From the NCBI GenBank assembly GCA_030324005.1, contig JARDVH010000001.1, positions 92,569,456-92,629,699 of the forward strand: a stretch of 60,244 bases of DNA. Reading direction: 5' to 3'. How positions within the stretch are numbered: position 1 is the stretch's first letter; every line of letters begins with the position of its first letter. A program made the position numbers and the translations under genes. This DNA comes from Negaprion brevirostris. Lineage: Eukaryota. Below, one piece after another: positions 25,223 through 37,736 of the stretch. The notes under the pieces are model-generated. The model was not told where the DNA came from. It searched no databases and saw only the letters and a program-made list of their open reading frames with translations.

Positions 25223-26173
25223 ATTAGTAGTGCTGGAATGGACACCAAATTGAAATAGCGCATCACCATCGTAGCTCCCTTCCAGTGTTGCTCACTGCTA
25301 GGAATGAAGAGCTAGTTGATTTACCTGAGTTGTCAGCAGGCTATTGGACCATGGAAAGGTCACTGCTTGAATCATCATGTGCTCATGAAAGCAGGACACA
25401 AAAGGACAATAAACAGGAGTGAAGGCCCTGACTGGCATTTTCTTTGCTGAGGCCATATATGGAACCTTAACTGCTGCTCCGTTGAGATCAATGAGCTCCA
25501 CACAAACTGGACTGCAAGCAAATTGAAGAGCAAGATACTGCATCTTAAACATTCTTGTTGAATACTCATAGGCACGCCACAAGTTCCACTGTCTCATTTT
25601 CATATAATAAGAACATTGTGTCTATTCTTAATCGTCTTCATATGGTGCCTGTCAAAGGCTGGCTTTGTGTATTTATTAAAGGCCCAAACTCTGATGGACA
25701 CAGGTGCTACATATGCATCAAATGAAAAATGTGTTATATATTTGGTCAGGATATGATAACAGCTTGTCAATTCCACAAGGTGGTCCTGCAGCGTTTACCC
25801 AAGACATTACAGAATGTTAAAACGTTCCCTGTAGGCATGCGAGTGAGTCAGGAATCTGCAAAGCCCAGCGAGAGGCGATGAGAAGCGGGGCTAATGAGAA
25901 AGTGAAACCTGAACAATTCTTTCCTTATGTCCCCCAGTGAATTGAACTTTACTGTTTTTAACCTAGTCAATAACTCTCACATACTTATTGAAAGCCCAGT
26001 AATTGCATCAACCTTTCAGTTATTGCTAACTTTCAAATCATTGTATTAGAAGAATCTATAGGTTTAATGCTGTCTGTTTGTTCTTAGTGAATAGAACAAT
26101 CTGCCAAAATTTCAAAAACGAGCAAACATGATTTTCCACAATGTGGTTTCAAGACACCTTAACTTTTAAAAAA

Positions 26174-26523
26174 AAATTTATTCATGGGACATGGATGTCG
26201 CTGGCTGGCCAACATTTATTGCCCATCCCTAGTTGCCCTTATTCAAGGGCAGTTGAAAATCAACCACTATGGCTCTGAAATCACATATAGGCCAGACAGA
26301 TAAGGACAGCAGATTTCCTTCCCTAAAAACATAAGTGAATCAGATAGGTTTATCCAACAATCGATAATGATTTCATGGCCATCATTTGATTCTTAATTCT
26401 GGATATTTTTTACTGAATTCAAATTCCACCATCTGTCATAGTAGGATTCGAAACAGTGTACCCTGAACATTAGCTTGGGTTTTGAATAGTCTAACAATAA
26501 TACCACTAGGCCATCGCTTCCCC
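26174..26523 (-). mobile_element. tRNA-headed SINE, family 2 (second copy)
   Basis: Colinear with 10196-10552 along its whole length. Confidence 0.85.
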
Positions 26524-28225
26524 TCATTAAGTTAAATAAACCTCACTTTCAGGATGAAAGTTGTTCTTGATCCTCTCTAATCATGACCCATTAATTCAGG
26601 TGTGAACTTGCAGTCATATTTTTACAGAATCACAGTGATTGATCGCAGCTCAATGTCTACCTATGCTCCAAGATGTGCATCAAATAAGTTTTAAAATACT
26701 TTCAATCGGTCCGAACCCCCCTAGACTACAGTGGGAAAGAATCAGCTACAGTTCCTCTGAGGGCGTCTATCCAATAAGCCCTATTGAAAAAGTGTGATTG
26801 CATGGTCTCCAGTTGAGGTTAGGATCAGGCCTGGTTATGATGCCTCCCTCAGTCAAACAGCTTGACAAAACTCACTGTCCTTCATGTTCAAGCCTAGGTA
26901 ATCAGTTACGCAATATTCTTGTGAACTCTTAGTGATGGTGAAGTGTATCTGAGCTAATGTCACTATTTTCAGGAAAGATGGAGGGAAAATTATTTGGGGC
27001 AGTGGTGGGAGGTAATATCTGAAATTAGACTATGAAAACTAAATCAATGTTGTGATTTTTTTTAAACAAAGCGCATCCATTCAAGCCACAGTTTGAAAGC
27101 GGTGGAGCCTTTCAGTCTTCTACTACAGACAGATGACAGCTACTGTTTTTGTGAAATACAGTCCAAGCATTGTAGGCTGATAATAATAAAAGTGGCGCCA
27201 GAGGAGTTTGGGGTGGGGGGGTTGTGGGGAAGCAAGCAACAGAGTGTGTCTTTAACATTTCGAAACATCCGTTCAAACTGGCTACTCATTTCAGGAGAAA
27301 GTAGAAGGGCGAGCATCCAGCAAACATTGCCACAAAGAAGCAGCGCAAAACAGATGTGGGAAAAACAAACAGCAGCTTGCCATGTGAATTAGTAAAAAGG
27401 TCCGGCTCAATGCAAACAAACCCCATTCCTCACTTCAACATCAATAGCCATAAAAAGGTCAGGCAAAACCCAACCCAGAGCAAAGGAGCGACACTGAGAA
27501 CTCCGCAATAGTACTGGTTTCTGCATGGGCAGGAAGAAACTGTGGTAGCAACGAGAAAAAAAAGCCTTTTCACTCTGACATTTAAGCATTAAGAACAAAA
27601 TGAGTCAAGAAGCTAGAACTCATACATTTCACACTGAAACACTTGTTCCAAATGTGGAACATGGCTCCAACAACTTGCCTTAGATCTTATTAATGTTGCA
27701 ATTATTTAAGATGCAGTCAGTCCTCTCTGTTACACTGTCTTTAGTTGCTGTAACAAAACATGTGGTGATAGGAAATATGTTGTACTCAGCGCAGAGGGAC
27801 TTGGACTGTATGAGCATACTTACTCAGTGTTGATGGTTGCGTACATGATTCTGTCCCAATGGAGAACACGCTAAATCTGACAAATATTAAGAGAAAACAA
27901 TCTTGTGTGCCATACAGGTTTGTACAGACAGTGCTACAGCATGCAAATAACTTGGATATCACCAAAGGTCAATCTTGCCTTGTCATCAGACAATTACACT
28001 TAAAGCCAGGTGTTCCTGAGTATGCTGATGTGCTCAGTAAGTAGGAAACTGATTCCAATGAGAATAAAGTGTAAGGCACTCATAACGTTAACAACATTCT
28101 TTCTGTTTCTTTTCTTTCCCTGAAATAATTCACAAAGCTGAGTATGACCACACTGTCTTGATGAAGAACATAGCTTTGCATTTTAAGCCAGCCATGTACC
28201 ACCAATGATAGAATATTGAAGAAAA

Positions 28226-28382
28226 AAGGTTTGCATTTATATAGCACCTTTCAGGGTTTCAAAATGCTCAAAAGTACTTTACGGCATTTCTTTTGAAGTG
28301 TACACACTATTGTAACGTACAAAATGTGGCAGCTATTTTGTGCTGAGCAAGGTCCCACAAACTGCAATGTGATAACGACTAG
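28226..28382 (-). mobile_element. DeuSINE 3' half (continues at 30138-30205)
   Basis: ttgcatttatatagcacctttca...ttttgaagtgt...ttgtaacgta...tggcagcta...agcaaggtcccacaaactgcaatgtgataacgac. Confidence 0.75.
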
Positions 28383-28494
28383 GTCATGATTAGAAATTGG
28401 GTTCTTTAGCAGCCACTTCTGGGTACTAGGAGTGCCCTTCAAACTCCAGAATTATATACATGGCACCAACACACACACCTATGGAGACCATGTT

Positions 28495-28905
28495 TTCTTT
28501 TTATTCTTTCAAAGGATGTGGCTTGACCAGCATTTATTGTCGATTCCTAATTGCCCTTGAGAAGGTGCTGGTGAGCTGCCTTCTTGAACTGCTACAGTCC
28601 TGGAGATGTAGGCACACCCAATGTGCTGTTACGAAAGGAGTTCCAGGATTTTGACCCNNNNNNNNNNCAGGATGGTGAGTGGCTTGGAGGGGAACTTGCA
28701 GGTGATGGTGTTCACTTGTATCTGCTGTCATTGTCCTTCTAGGTGGTAGTGGGGTTGGAATGTGTTGTCTAAGGAACACTGGTGAGTTCCTGGAGTGCAT
28801 CTTGTAGATGATATACACGGCTGCCACTGTGCATTGGTGGTAGAAGGAAAGAATGTTTGTGGATGAGGTACCAATCAAGTGGGCTGCTTTGCCCTAGATG
28901 TTGGT
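28495..28905 (-). mobile_element. 3' end of a non-LTR LINE (ORF2 C-terminus + 3' UTR)
   Basis: ORF 28534-28878, SFYHQCTVAAVYIIYKMHSRNSPVFLRQHIPTP.PPRRT, resembles an LxHRRxVAAxxxxYKM LINE C-terminal motif. It ends gggcaattagg...caataaatgctgg...aaagaataaaaa. Confidence 0.7.
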
Positions 28906-29639
28906 GTGGCCTTTGACGTATGCAATGATTGTTCATTGGAAGAAGGCAAAACTAGAAGTTCTGTTGATGTATTGCTGCGTTAAATTCAGCAGTGCCATTT
29001 TGGAGCTCAACACCAAATCTTAACCTCACACAATGGAACTCATGTTTAATAGCATAAAGGACCAGCACTATTTCAAGCGATTATTAACTACTTAAAGGTT
29101 AATTTCTTGATTGATTTCTTCTGGTATTGTTTTGATACCATACATTTTGATATTTTCTACAATTGTTACAAATTGCAAAAGACTACAGGGTGTACCCAAT
29201 CCTTAAGCAAAAGAAGTCGCTATGAGACCGAGGTGCATAAGTAGGGATTTCCCTTGGAATACAGCATTACTTAGGAAATAAGCAGAGGCAATTCGGAGTA
29301 GGACACGTTACTGGAAGAGGGAGAAGAAGAAGCAGGTGAAAGGCTCTTAATAAGAGAGCATATCTGCCCAGGATGTTTACGGAAAAATTCTCCAGCCTGA
29401 TGATCAATGTATGTGGCACCTTCATAGAAGTATGTAACAACCACAACTGCAAAATCAGAAAAGCGCAAGAACAGCAACAACTTTCATGTACCTCACACCC
29501 TCTGGATTGGAGCTAGAAGTATTAGCAACATCTCAAAAGTATGCCATCTACTGTTGTGCTAGGGGACTTTCGAGTCAAAGACAGCTAAACATGTTTAATT
29601 CTGTCTGCAGACAGCAGCAGGCAGTGTGAGTGGGTGGCT

Positions 29640-30075
29640 TCATAAGAATTGCAGCTTTCCCCCATGGCACAGAATGACACTGGCAGCTCACACTGCTTTT
29701 TGGATGCCACACATCAACTCTGTCTCATATGGGAACCAACACCCAGCTGGTGTATGATGAACAGCAGTGCACCATGCAGGTCAATGCCTGGTATTCTGGC
29801 AGCAATCCTCATGCCTTCATTCTGTGGCAGCATGCTGAGCCAACAACATTTGAGCTACTACGGGAAAACAAAGGCGACTGGGCTACTGGGTAACAGCTTC
29901 TATTCAATGAGATATCGCCTGTGAATCTACTGTGTGGCCCATGCACACATGGGCAGCGCGCATTCAATGAGAGCCATGGTGCCACACAAAATGTGATACA
30001 GCGGATCACTTACATGCAAACAAAAACTTCTGCTGCCTGTAGCACTCTGGAGGAGCCTGCTGTTGTGTCCAGCCA
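29640..30075 (+). pseudogene. PIF/Harbinger (HARBI1-like DDE) transposase relic
   Basis: Across frames: QLVYD...QVNAWYSGSNPHAFILWQ...LLGNSFYSM...PCTHGQRAFNESHGATQNVIQR...FCCL*HSGG. These match the Harbinger motifs NVQLVCD, ARWPGSxHDAFIL, WLLGDxGYP, YNxxHxxTRxVIER and RFRCLDxSGG in order. Confidence 0.8.
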
Positions 30076-30137
30076 ATGTACAGTGCAGTCTATGATCCCT
30101 GTGTCCATTTCAGTAGCTATCCAATTTAGTCCCCCAA

Positions 30138-30205
30138 CTGTTTTAATGTTGGTTGAGGTGTGAATGTTGGTCAGGACACTGAGGAGAAATGTCCCTATTC
30201 TGTTG
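30138..30205 (-). mobile_element. DeuSINE central part (continuation of 28226-28382)
   Basis: ctgttttaatgttggttgaggtgtgaatgttggtcaggacactgaggagaa resembles the reverse complement of the Deu-domain seen at 6130-6170. Confidence 0.65.
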
Positions 30206-30744
30206 AGCTGACATTTAAAAACACATGGTTGGAAATCCCTGGCCTTTCATGCCAGCAGGACTCTCAGATCCTACTGGCAGTGCAACCCTGCCCGCAGAAT
30301 TCCCACTGACAGCAACAGGACCAGGAAATCCTGACATGAGCAAACAATGCGCCACCTCCCGCTCGTGGGAAACATGCAGCTGGGAGGCTGGAGAATTTTG
30401 TCCATGATCTTGTGGCAATAAGTTTGAGGCAAAGTCTAGAAACAGCTATTGCCAATTTGATTCATCTTCCAAGAACAACATGAAGAAACCAGGCTCTTCT
30501 CCAAACTGGATAAGGCAGATGGAACAAATGCAGATGAATCATTCCAAACTGCTCTTCTTCATCCAGTTCTGAAGGGACATCAATCCTATTTTCATAGCTG
30601 TGTCACTGGCATGCCAACCCAAGTCAGTGTAGAAAAGGAAAATTCATGTTAAGAACATAAAGCAGATTTTAAAAGTTCAAGGAAAGCTATTTTCAAAACT
30701 GCACTTTTACGTTTTATGTAATAATAAAAGTAGGTTTTTTAAAA

Positions 30745-31016
30745 GTTTATTTACGTCACAAGTAGGCTTACATTAACATTGCAATGAAGTCACTGTGAAA
30801 ATTCCCTCGTCGCCACCCTCCGGCACCGGTTCGGATACACCAAGGGCCAATGCACCCAACCAGCACATCTTTCGGACTGTGGAAAGAAACTGGAGCACCC
30901 AGAAGAAACCCATGCAGACATGGAGAGAATGTGCAAACTCTGCAAGACAGTGACCCAAGCCGGGAATCGAACCCAGGTCTCTGCCACTGTGAGGCAGCAA
31001 CACTAATCATTGTGCC
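30745..31016 (-). mobile_element. V-SINE with alternative tail (same subtype as 5809-6067)
   Basis: Minus strand ggcacaatgattagtgttgctgcctcacag...gggttcgattcccggcttgggtcactgtc...ttttcacagtgacttcattgcaatgttaatgtaagcctacttgtgac. Confidence 0.88.
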
Positions 31017-32206
31017 TAACATCCTCAGGGTGCACAGCTCAAAATTTATTTTATGCCAGTAATGAAAGAGAAAAATGTTAACCATCACCAAGAAAACCCA
31101 TTGCCAACCTCATGCCTATCCTTGTAGCTGTATGGAAACGGAATGTCCTGTCACATTGCTCTCCCTGGGAGAATATCACCATCTATTGTGCTTTCTTTGT
31201 TTAACAGATTCAGATATATAAAAGGAAATGTTTCTTCTCCCACCAGAGTCTTCCCTCTGAAGAGTTTCTACAGCAACACACCCACACTGCCTTTATAAAA
31301 AGACTCGGAGGATTTTTACTGCAAGGTTTGAGTGACAAATAGTGAATGAGCTTCACAAAATAGTTGATTCCCTCTTGGTTAAATCTTTTGGAATACAATA
31401 TCGCCTTTTTGAATGCAGCAGGCAGCAATGCTTCTGGAAAAAATAAGGCTTCATTTCAGGAACCCAGAGAAAGTTCTGAAGTGAGGAGGGGGTGATCTTT
31501 GTCATAATTAAATGTATCCCCAGCCCCCACCCCAGATTCAAATGCTGTTTTTTTAAAATATCACTCTGCTAAAACAGTGGTGGTTCACACCCTTCATTAA
31601 GTGGTTTTGAACGTAGTACTTCTCTTCAAACTGTTCTTCATGCCTCCAGAGCTTCATCTCTGCTTCCCATATTGAACAGTATGTTCAACCTGAGATTGCC
31701 TAAAATTCTGCCCATCGTTCAGCATTATCAGAGAGGGGATACAATGTAAGAATTTTTCACTCCTTATCGGGTTTTAAAGCACTATCTCAGCACAAAGAGA
31801 TGGAGAAGAGATTACTTCTGAGTTTTTTTTGCTTTCGAACCCTCTTCAAGTAACCTTTCCACATTTCAGTCGAGTCCTTGGAATTTTAACAGCCACTGGA
31901 TCTCCACCCCCACCCCCACCTCCCATTTTCATGATGCTTCCAACTATTGTCTTGTGTTTTGTGGCTGTTGGCCTTATCTCTGTTAAATTGCAATCAAGGA
32001 TTCCATCAAAGTTTATTCTTAAGTCTGTTATTTGTGAGCCAATTTCGCACCCTAATGGCAAAACCCAGGTTAAAGGCAAAAAAGCATGGTCTAGAATTCA
32101 GCTGCCTGACCGAAAGAGCCAGATTTAGAAATGTCAACATGGAAGAAAACGCTCACTTAAAGCTGACCTCTGGAATTTGAATTAAACGTATGCTGCCAGA
32201 AAAGAT

Positions 32207-32858
32207 GGGCAGGATTTTTCTGGCTGGCAAGAAAAGCGGCGAGGGCACCAGGAAAATAGTAGAGCCATATCGGGGCATCTTGCTAACGTAGTCTCGCCAC
32301 TAGGAGTGGCAGGAGCAGTTGCAAAATGGTCACCTGCTGAATGGAGGCTGGCAACTGAGAAGAATGATTGCATGATTTGTTTTAGCGGTGATTCAGAGGC
32401 CATGTTGGAATTATAAAATGGCCTCCAGCTAAGTGTAGAAGCTTCAGAGAGACAGTCTCCTATTGGCAATCGGTGGGCCATTGGGGGCAGAGATTCAATG
32501 ACCATTAAAGAGACCACATGAAAGAAAGGCAGCTTCCACAGCTCAAACACTCCGCACAGAGGTCTTTCCTCTTCATTTCTAAAAAATATACTGGCCTCAT
32601 GTTGAGGCTCCCTCATGATGTCAGCAATGCCTCAGCAGTGCCCGCAGTGGCTGCTGAGGCTTCAGAGGTATTGGGCCTCTGATAAGACAAGCAGCATCTA
32701 AATCCTACCCACTATCTGTAATGGAACAGTGAGTTCAGCAGATGTCAATTCACTTCCAGGAGTATCACTGTGTTGGTCTGGCTCCCAGAAGACACAGGCT
32801 CAGGATTCCCATGTGGTCCCGAAATTGGGATCTTGAAGCCCATAATGAAATCCTGCCT
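32207..32858. mobile_element. MITE / non-autonomous DNA transposon (Harbinger-like ends)
   Basis: Terminal inverted repeats gggcaggattt ... aaatcctgcct and a GC-richer interior. Confidence 0.5.
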
Positions 32859-34109
32859 CAAGAAGAAATAATGCAGATGTCTCTTATGAAACAGCTCTCA
32901 TCAAAATTACAACCCGCCACAACACCAACTGAGGCCCTTGGGTAACCAATTAATGACTACTTCAGGGCTTTATATTGCTACTGCTGGTATTAATCCAGTG
33001 ACAGGCCTGTCGGCATGAAACATGCAGGGCCTATAAAATCATGCAGTCAGCATGCCACCTCCTGGGAGCTACCCTTCAATCAAAGGCACTCAGTGCATGT
33101 TCAAAAAACTGGACGTCAGGAAGACAGGAGTCTTCTGAGACACACGCTCTTTGATTGGTAGCAACCCTGCTGTACTGATCTCCTTGCCATCCCCATCCCG
33201 CCTGTAGTCTGGATCACCCAGCAAACCAGAAACTCCGTTGCCTCTGCTGCTGGCAGCAAGTCACAGCTTATCCAGTGGCCATGCTGAACACAAAAGCTGC
33301 CAGCTTCCGAATGTTGTCTCTGGGATTCCAGGGGAAGGCCCACTGCTGGCCTCGCGAGTGCCTGATTGGCTTTTGGTTCAGCGGGCCTTCCCTAAAAGAG
33401 GCCTCTTGCCAGCTGTCCAACCAGCAGAACCACCTCCCCATCACTCCTTNNNNNNNNNNNNNNNNNNNNNNNNNNNNNNNNNNNNNNNNNNNNNNNNNNN
33501 NNNNNNNNNTAGACAAATTTAAGCTGTTGCTGTTATTGTTATTAGCTGTGCTAAATCCCAGTGAAAGCAACTCCAAGTATGCTACAATAGTCATCCCATT
33601 CCACCACTCTGCTGCTGAAACTCATGCTGAGCAGTGCTATTCATCTGTTTATTTGAAACACCGGCATACAAATACAAACATTATCACCAAATGAGCACTT
33701 TCTATTCTTTTTGCGAAAGATATTCTATTTGTCACTTTCAGTTAGCTGTCCCCATTGAATAAAGTCTTGTTGTTTGGAATTATTGTTTTAAAAAAATTGT
33801 ATTATTTCGCTGCCATTGACTGTCTGACACTTTTAAACAACATAAAAGAAAGTCATTAAAGGAGTGAAAGAAAATAATTCAAGGTCCATTATAACCAGAA
33901 ACAAGCAGTACACGCAGCAGATTAGCAGGCAGCACTACTGAGTGCTTTTTAAATCGATGTCAGGTCAAATTAATTTCTGGTTTCTCAAGACATACACAGT
34001 GTATTATTTATTTACACGCTCGCCCCTTTTCTTTCCTTTTCGTGGTGCCCATTTCTCTGTTTTCTTTCCAAGCTTCTTATTTCAGTTGAAAAGGAGCAAC
34101 ACATCACTG

Positions 34110-34560
34110 AACCACAGGATGCTTACAGCAACGGAGGCCATTCAGCCCATCATGTCCAAGTGCCACTCCCATCCTTCTCCACATAACCCTGTAGATTCTT
34201 CCTTTTCAGATAACAGTCCAATTCCTTCTCAACTGTCTTGACTCAACCTGCCTTCATCATACTCTTGGGCAGTGCATTTCAGATGCCAACCGCTCAGTGT
34301 GAAAAAGATGTTATTGCTTCTTTTGCCTATTGTCTTGTTCTCGATCCTTCCACCAATGGGAACAATTTTTCCCTATCTAATCTGTCCAGATTCCTCATGA
34401 TTGTGTATACCTCTATCTGATCTCCTCTCAACCTTCCCTGTTCTAAGGTGAATTGTCCACATTNNNNNNNNNNTGAAGTTCCTCATCGCTGGAACCATTT
34501 TTGTGACCTTTTCTGCACTCTCTCTAATGTCTTTACATCTGACCTAAAGTGTAGCGCACT
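34110..34560 (-). mobile_element. CR1 LINE 3' end
   Basis: Tail acagcaacggaggccattcagccc; ttgggcagtgcatttcagat is a degenerate IWNALP motif on the minus strand. Confidence 0.75.
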
Positions 34561-34756
34561 CCTTCAGGTTTGTCCCCAAATCTTCCAGATACTGCTGTGC
34601 AAAGCCCAGGAGAAATACCACAGGGTTTTCAAAAACGAATGTGTATTTTTTTCATTTTATTGAACTATTTCTTTTATTGAGAAAAACAATAGAGATGGGA
34701 AGAAAAAAGCTGTCTGGGTAGGGCAGATGGAAGTCCAAGGTCATATTGTGAAACAA

Positions 34757-34950
34757 TAAGTAGTCTCACAACACTAGGTTAAAGTCCAACAGGTTATTAG
34801 ATACCATGAGCTTTCGAAGCATTGCCCCTTCATCAGGTGAGTGCAACACTCAGAAAGCTTGACTTACCAAATAAATCTGTTGGACTTTAACCTGGTGTTG
34901 TGAGACTTCTTACTGTGCTTACCCCAGTCCAATGTCAGCAATTCCACGTC
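34757..34950. mobile_element. Penelope-like-element-derived inverted-repeat element with hammerhead-like core
   Basis: Arms gtctcacaacactaggttaaagtccaacag and ctgttggactttaacctggtgttgtgagac are reverse complements with one small indel. Minus strand CTGATGA-A-GGGGC-AAT-GCTTC-GAAA-GCTC at 34836-34808. Confidence 0.7.
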
Positions 34951-37736
34951 ATATTGTGAAACCTTCAAGAATACTGGCAATCTTAGGTGCGACTGATTGT
35001 TTTGTTTTGCACTGCTAATAGCTGGCAGGAGGTTACTTCCTATATTGCACTACCCAAATACTGGAGTGTAGTCAGGCTTTCAAGTGGCAATAATAACTGA
35101 ACATAATTCTGGTGGACACAGGGAGATGGCAGAGTTCAGATCTGCCATCATCTGGCCTAATGCCTCAACCAACAAGGGCAGTTAGATGTTTGAGACTAGG
35201 ACTCAAACTCACAGCCCTGCTATTAAGAAAAGAACATAAAAAAAGGAGCGGCAGTAGGGTAGGCCATTTGGCCCATCAAGCTTGCTCCACTTACGGTTTC
35301 TATCCCTTACATGTGAGATGTTAGTTGTTAAGTGCATGTATGTGCACAGTGAACACACAAGCTTGGCTCTGTAGCTTGCAATGAGAGAATGGCATACCAA
35401 TCCTGATCAACACATGAAGAACAATCATTGGTTTGGGGTTCCAAGTTCTGCCAGTACAATATAGAAACGCACTGCAGGATGTGCCATTTCATTCAGAAGG
35501 GAGGGTAAGGGGGGAAAAATCAAAGAGAAACAAAGACATTTTTCTAAATCACCGCCAATATTGACAGCATGCAAAAGACCGACTGCATCCAGGCTGACAT
35601 TTAAGAAAAGAGGCTCGGCTATAAATAAACAAGGTTGTCTCAGATGACTTTCCCTTTTGGTGCCCTCAATTAATAATACAGAGCAGTGAGGTGAGAAATA
35701 CAGAAGTTGATGGGGGGGAAGAAACAGTTACAATTTTTTTCAAACATAAGAAATCTTCCCCTGTGGTGAAAAATGGAAATGGCTGAAACAACAAAATTCT
35801 AGCTCGGAATGTTTACCAGCCAATGCAGTCCAGGGCCTTATATACTTGCCAGACGCTACAGCTTCGTTCTGATCTGTAAAGCTAATCATTGTCAAACCCT
35901 GGTAGATGCCTGCATGTGACCCTGTTTAATGTGCGGGAAACTTGGGACACTGTCATTGGGTCCACAATATTGATGGGTTGATGATCAGTTTTTGGTGATG
36001 TGTCAAACTGTAACGATTGGAACCACTTCACCATTGCAGTCTTCTTCTGCCTATGCATCTGGCGAGACACATTCTTCCTTTGCCTGTTCCACCACTGAGG
36101 AATTTTGGATGGCACTTTGGTTCAACACCTGCTGCCATGGGTGGTAATAAGTCCCAGTGGCATTACTCGGGAGAAAGTCAAAAAGCTCAAGTCTCTCAGT
36201 CAGGGCAAGGATGGCAATCCACAGAGAAGATAAAAACATGTTGAAGATAAAAAAAATGTTTCTTCACAACGATTGTCCTTATGTCTTTGTTCCCTGTTTG
36301 TTTAAAATGTTCAACTCTTTTCATTTTAGCAGCATGAAAATGTATTCCAAGCCGAGAATAAAGAAATGTAACATGCTGCCAGACAGGTGCTGATATAACT
36401 CTATAGAGAATGGAGCCAGATTTCTAATCATTTATGACAGGAAGGAGAGATACAGCATAAAGAAACTACCCACAGCTTATGTTCCCTTTCTCCTAAACAG
36501 GATCAGAATATCATATGCTGCTGAAACTATTGGTTTGGGCACTAAGTCTGTTTCTAAAATAAGCAGAAAATCTCCTCAATCTACTTGAGGCAATTGGTAT
36601 AATAGGAGGTGATTTGCTGCGAAATTCCTTCCCTCCTGTGGGGAAGCATCTAGCCCCCACTCTGTTTCCCCTTATTGTCCCGGTCAAGGTCAGGGAACTT
36701 GTAATGTGAAGGAATCGTGGGAACATCTCTATTACGTTAAACCCAGACTATGCAGGTGAACAAGGAGTTACAGCACTGAAAAACAACCACCAGAGTCAAG
36801 AATCAAACTTCAGGGGATTTTTAGACACATTGCTTAGATACACAATTCAATTTATTTCCTTCTTGCAGTGAAGGTGAGGAAATATGATGAAAACTCATTG
36901 CAGATTAATACAAACTTCAAGAGAATCTTCTTGTGGATTCCACAGACACTTAGAGATAAATTGCTTGTCAGATAACAACCTCTTCATATCAGGTTGACTT
37001 GACAGCCACTAACAATGGGAATTTCCGCAGCTTATTCCGAACAAATATGAAAGATTTGCTCAGGGGCTGACAGCTGTGACTGCCTAGAGGTAGAGGGGGC
37101 TTTGTGCTAAATCATGTTGCACAGTTGAAAGTCAACTCAATCCCCTACAATTCAGTCAGGCCCTGCCAGCTATAGATCAACAGTTGAGGCAGCCAACCTG
37201 AAGCAAGCAAGAGGGCTGCATAGAACACCATTGGAAAATGCCAGCCCTACTAACTGCAATTATTTTCAAAGACTAATGTTCAGCGCATTCACATTGGATG
37301 GTGGGTTCTGGTTCAGGAGAGGCAATTAATATGCTGGAGTTCCCTGAGGTGATATGAATGAAGGCTCGTCCTTTCTGGCAGGAACACACATACATCAAGC
37401 CTGATCTGTTCTGAATTTGTTTGCATTGATATTGTAGAGCAAAGCTCAGGTGACATTTTTTCAACAGTAAGTAGCATGTCAGGTTTTATTCTATGCAGTC
37501 TTAGAAAAGCAATAAACAAAGGCCACAAGAGTAAATATAATTACTACAGTGCTAGGATTTGTCAGCAGCAATTAGTTTGGGGGGAGGAATAAAACAAATT
37601 CTTTGTTTTTAAGACTTTATTCCGTATTTACGCAACAGTTGTGTTGATTATTCAATGCTTTTACGTTCGTTAGTAACCAAACAACAATGACGGTAACTAG
37701 GAAATCACCTACACAGCATTGTGATAATTGCTGATA

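Noticed and set aside
25298-25603. 101-aa minus-strand ORF near exon 4
   Set aside because: No LRR pattern or other motif; ORFs of this length arise by chance.
35882-36244. Overlapping ORFs with coding-like composition in intron 3
   Set aside because: No recognisable domain, stops in the extended frames and no convincing splice sites. A BLASTX would be needed to exclude a decayed retrocopy.
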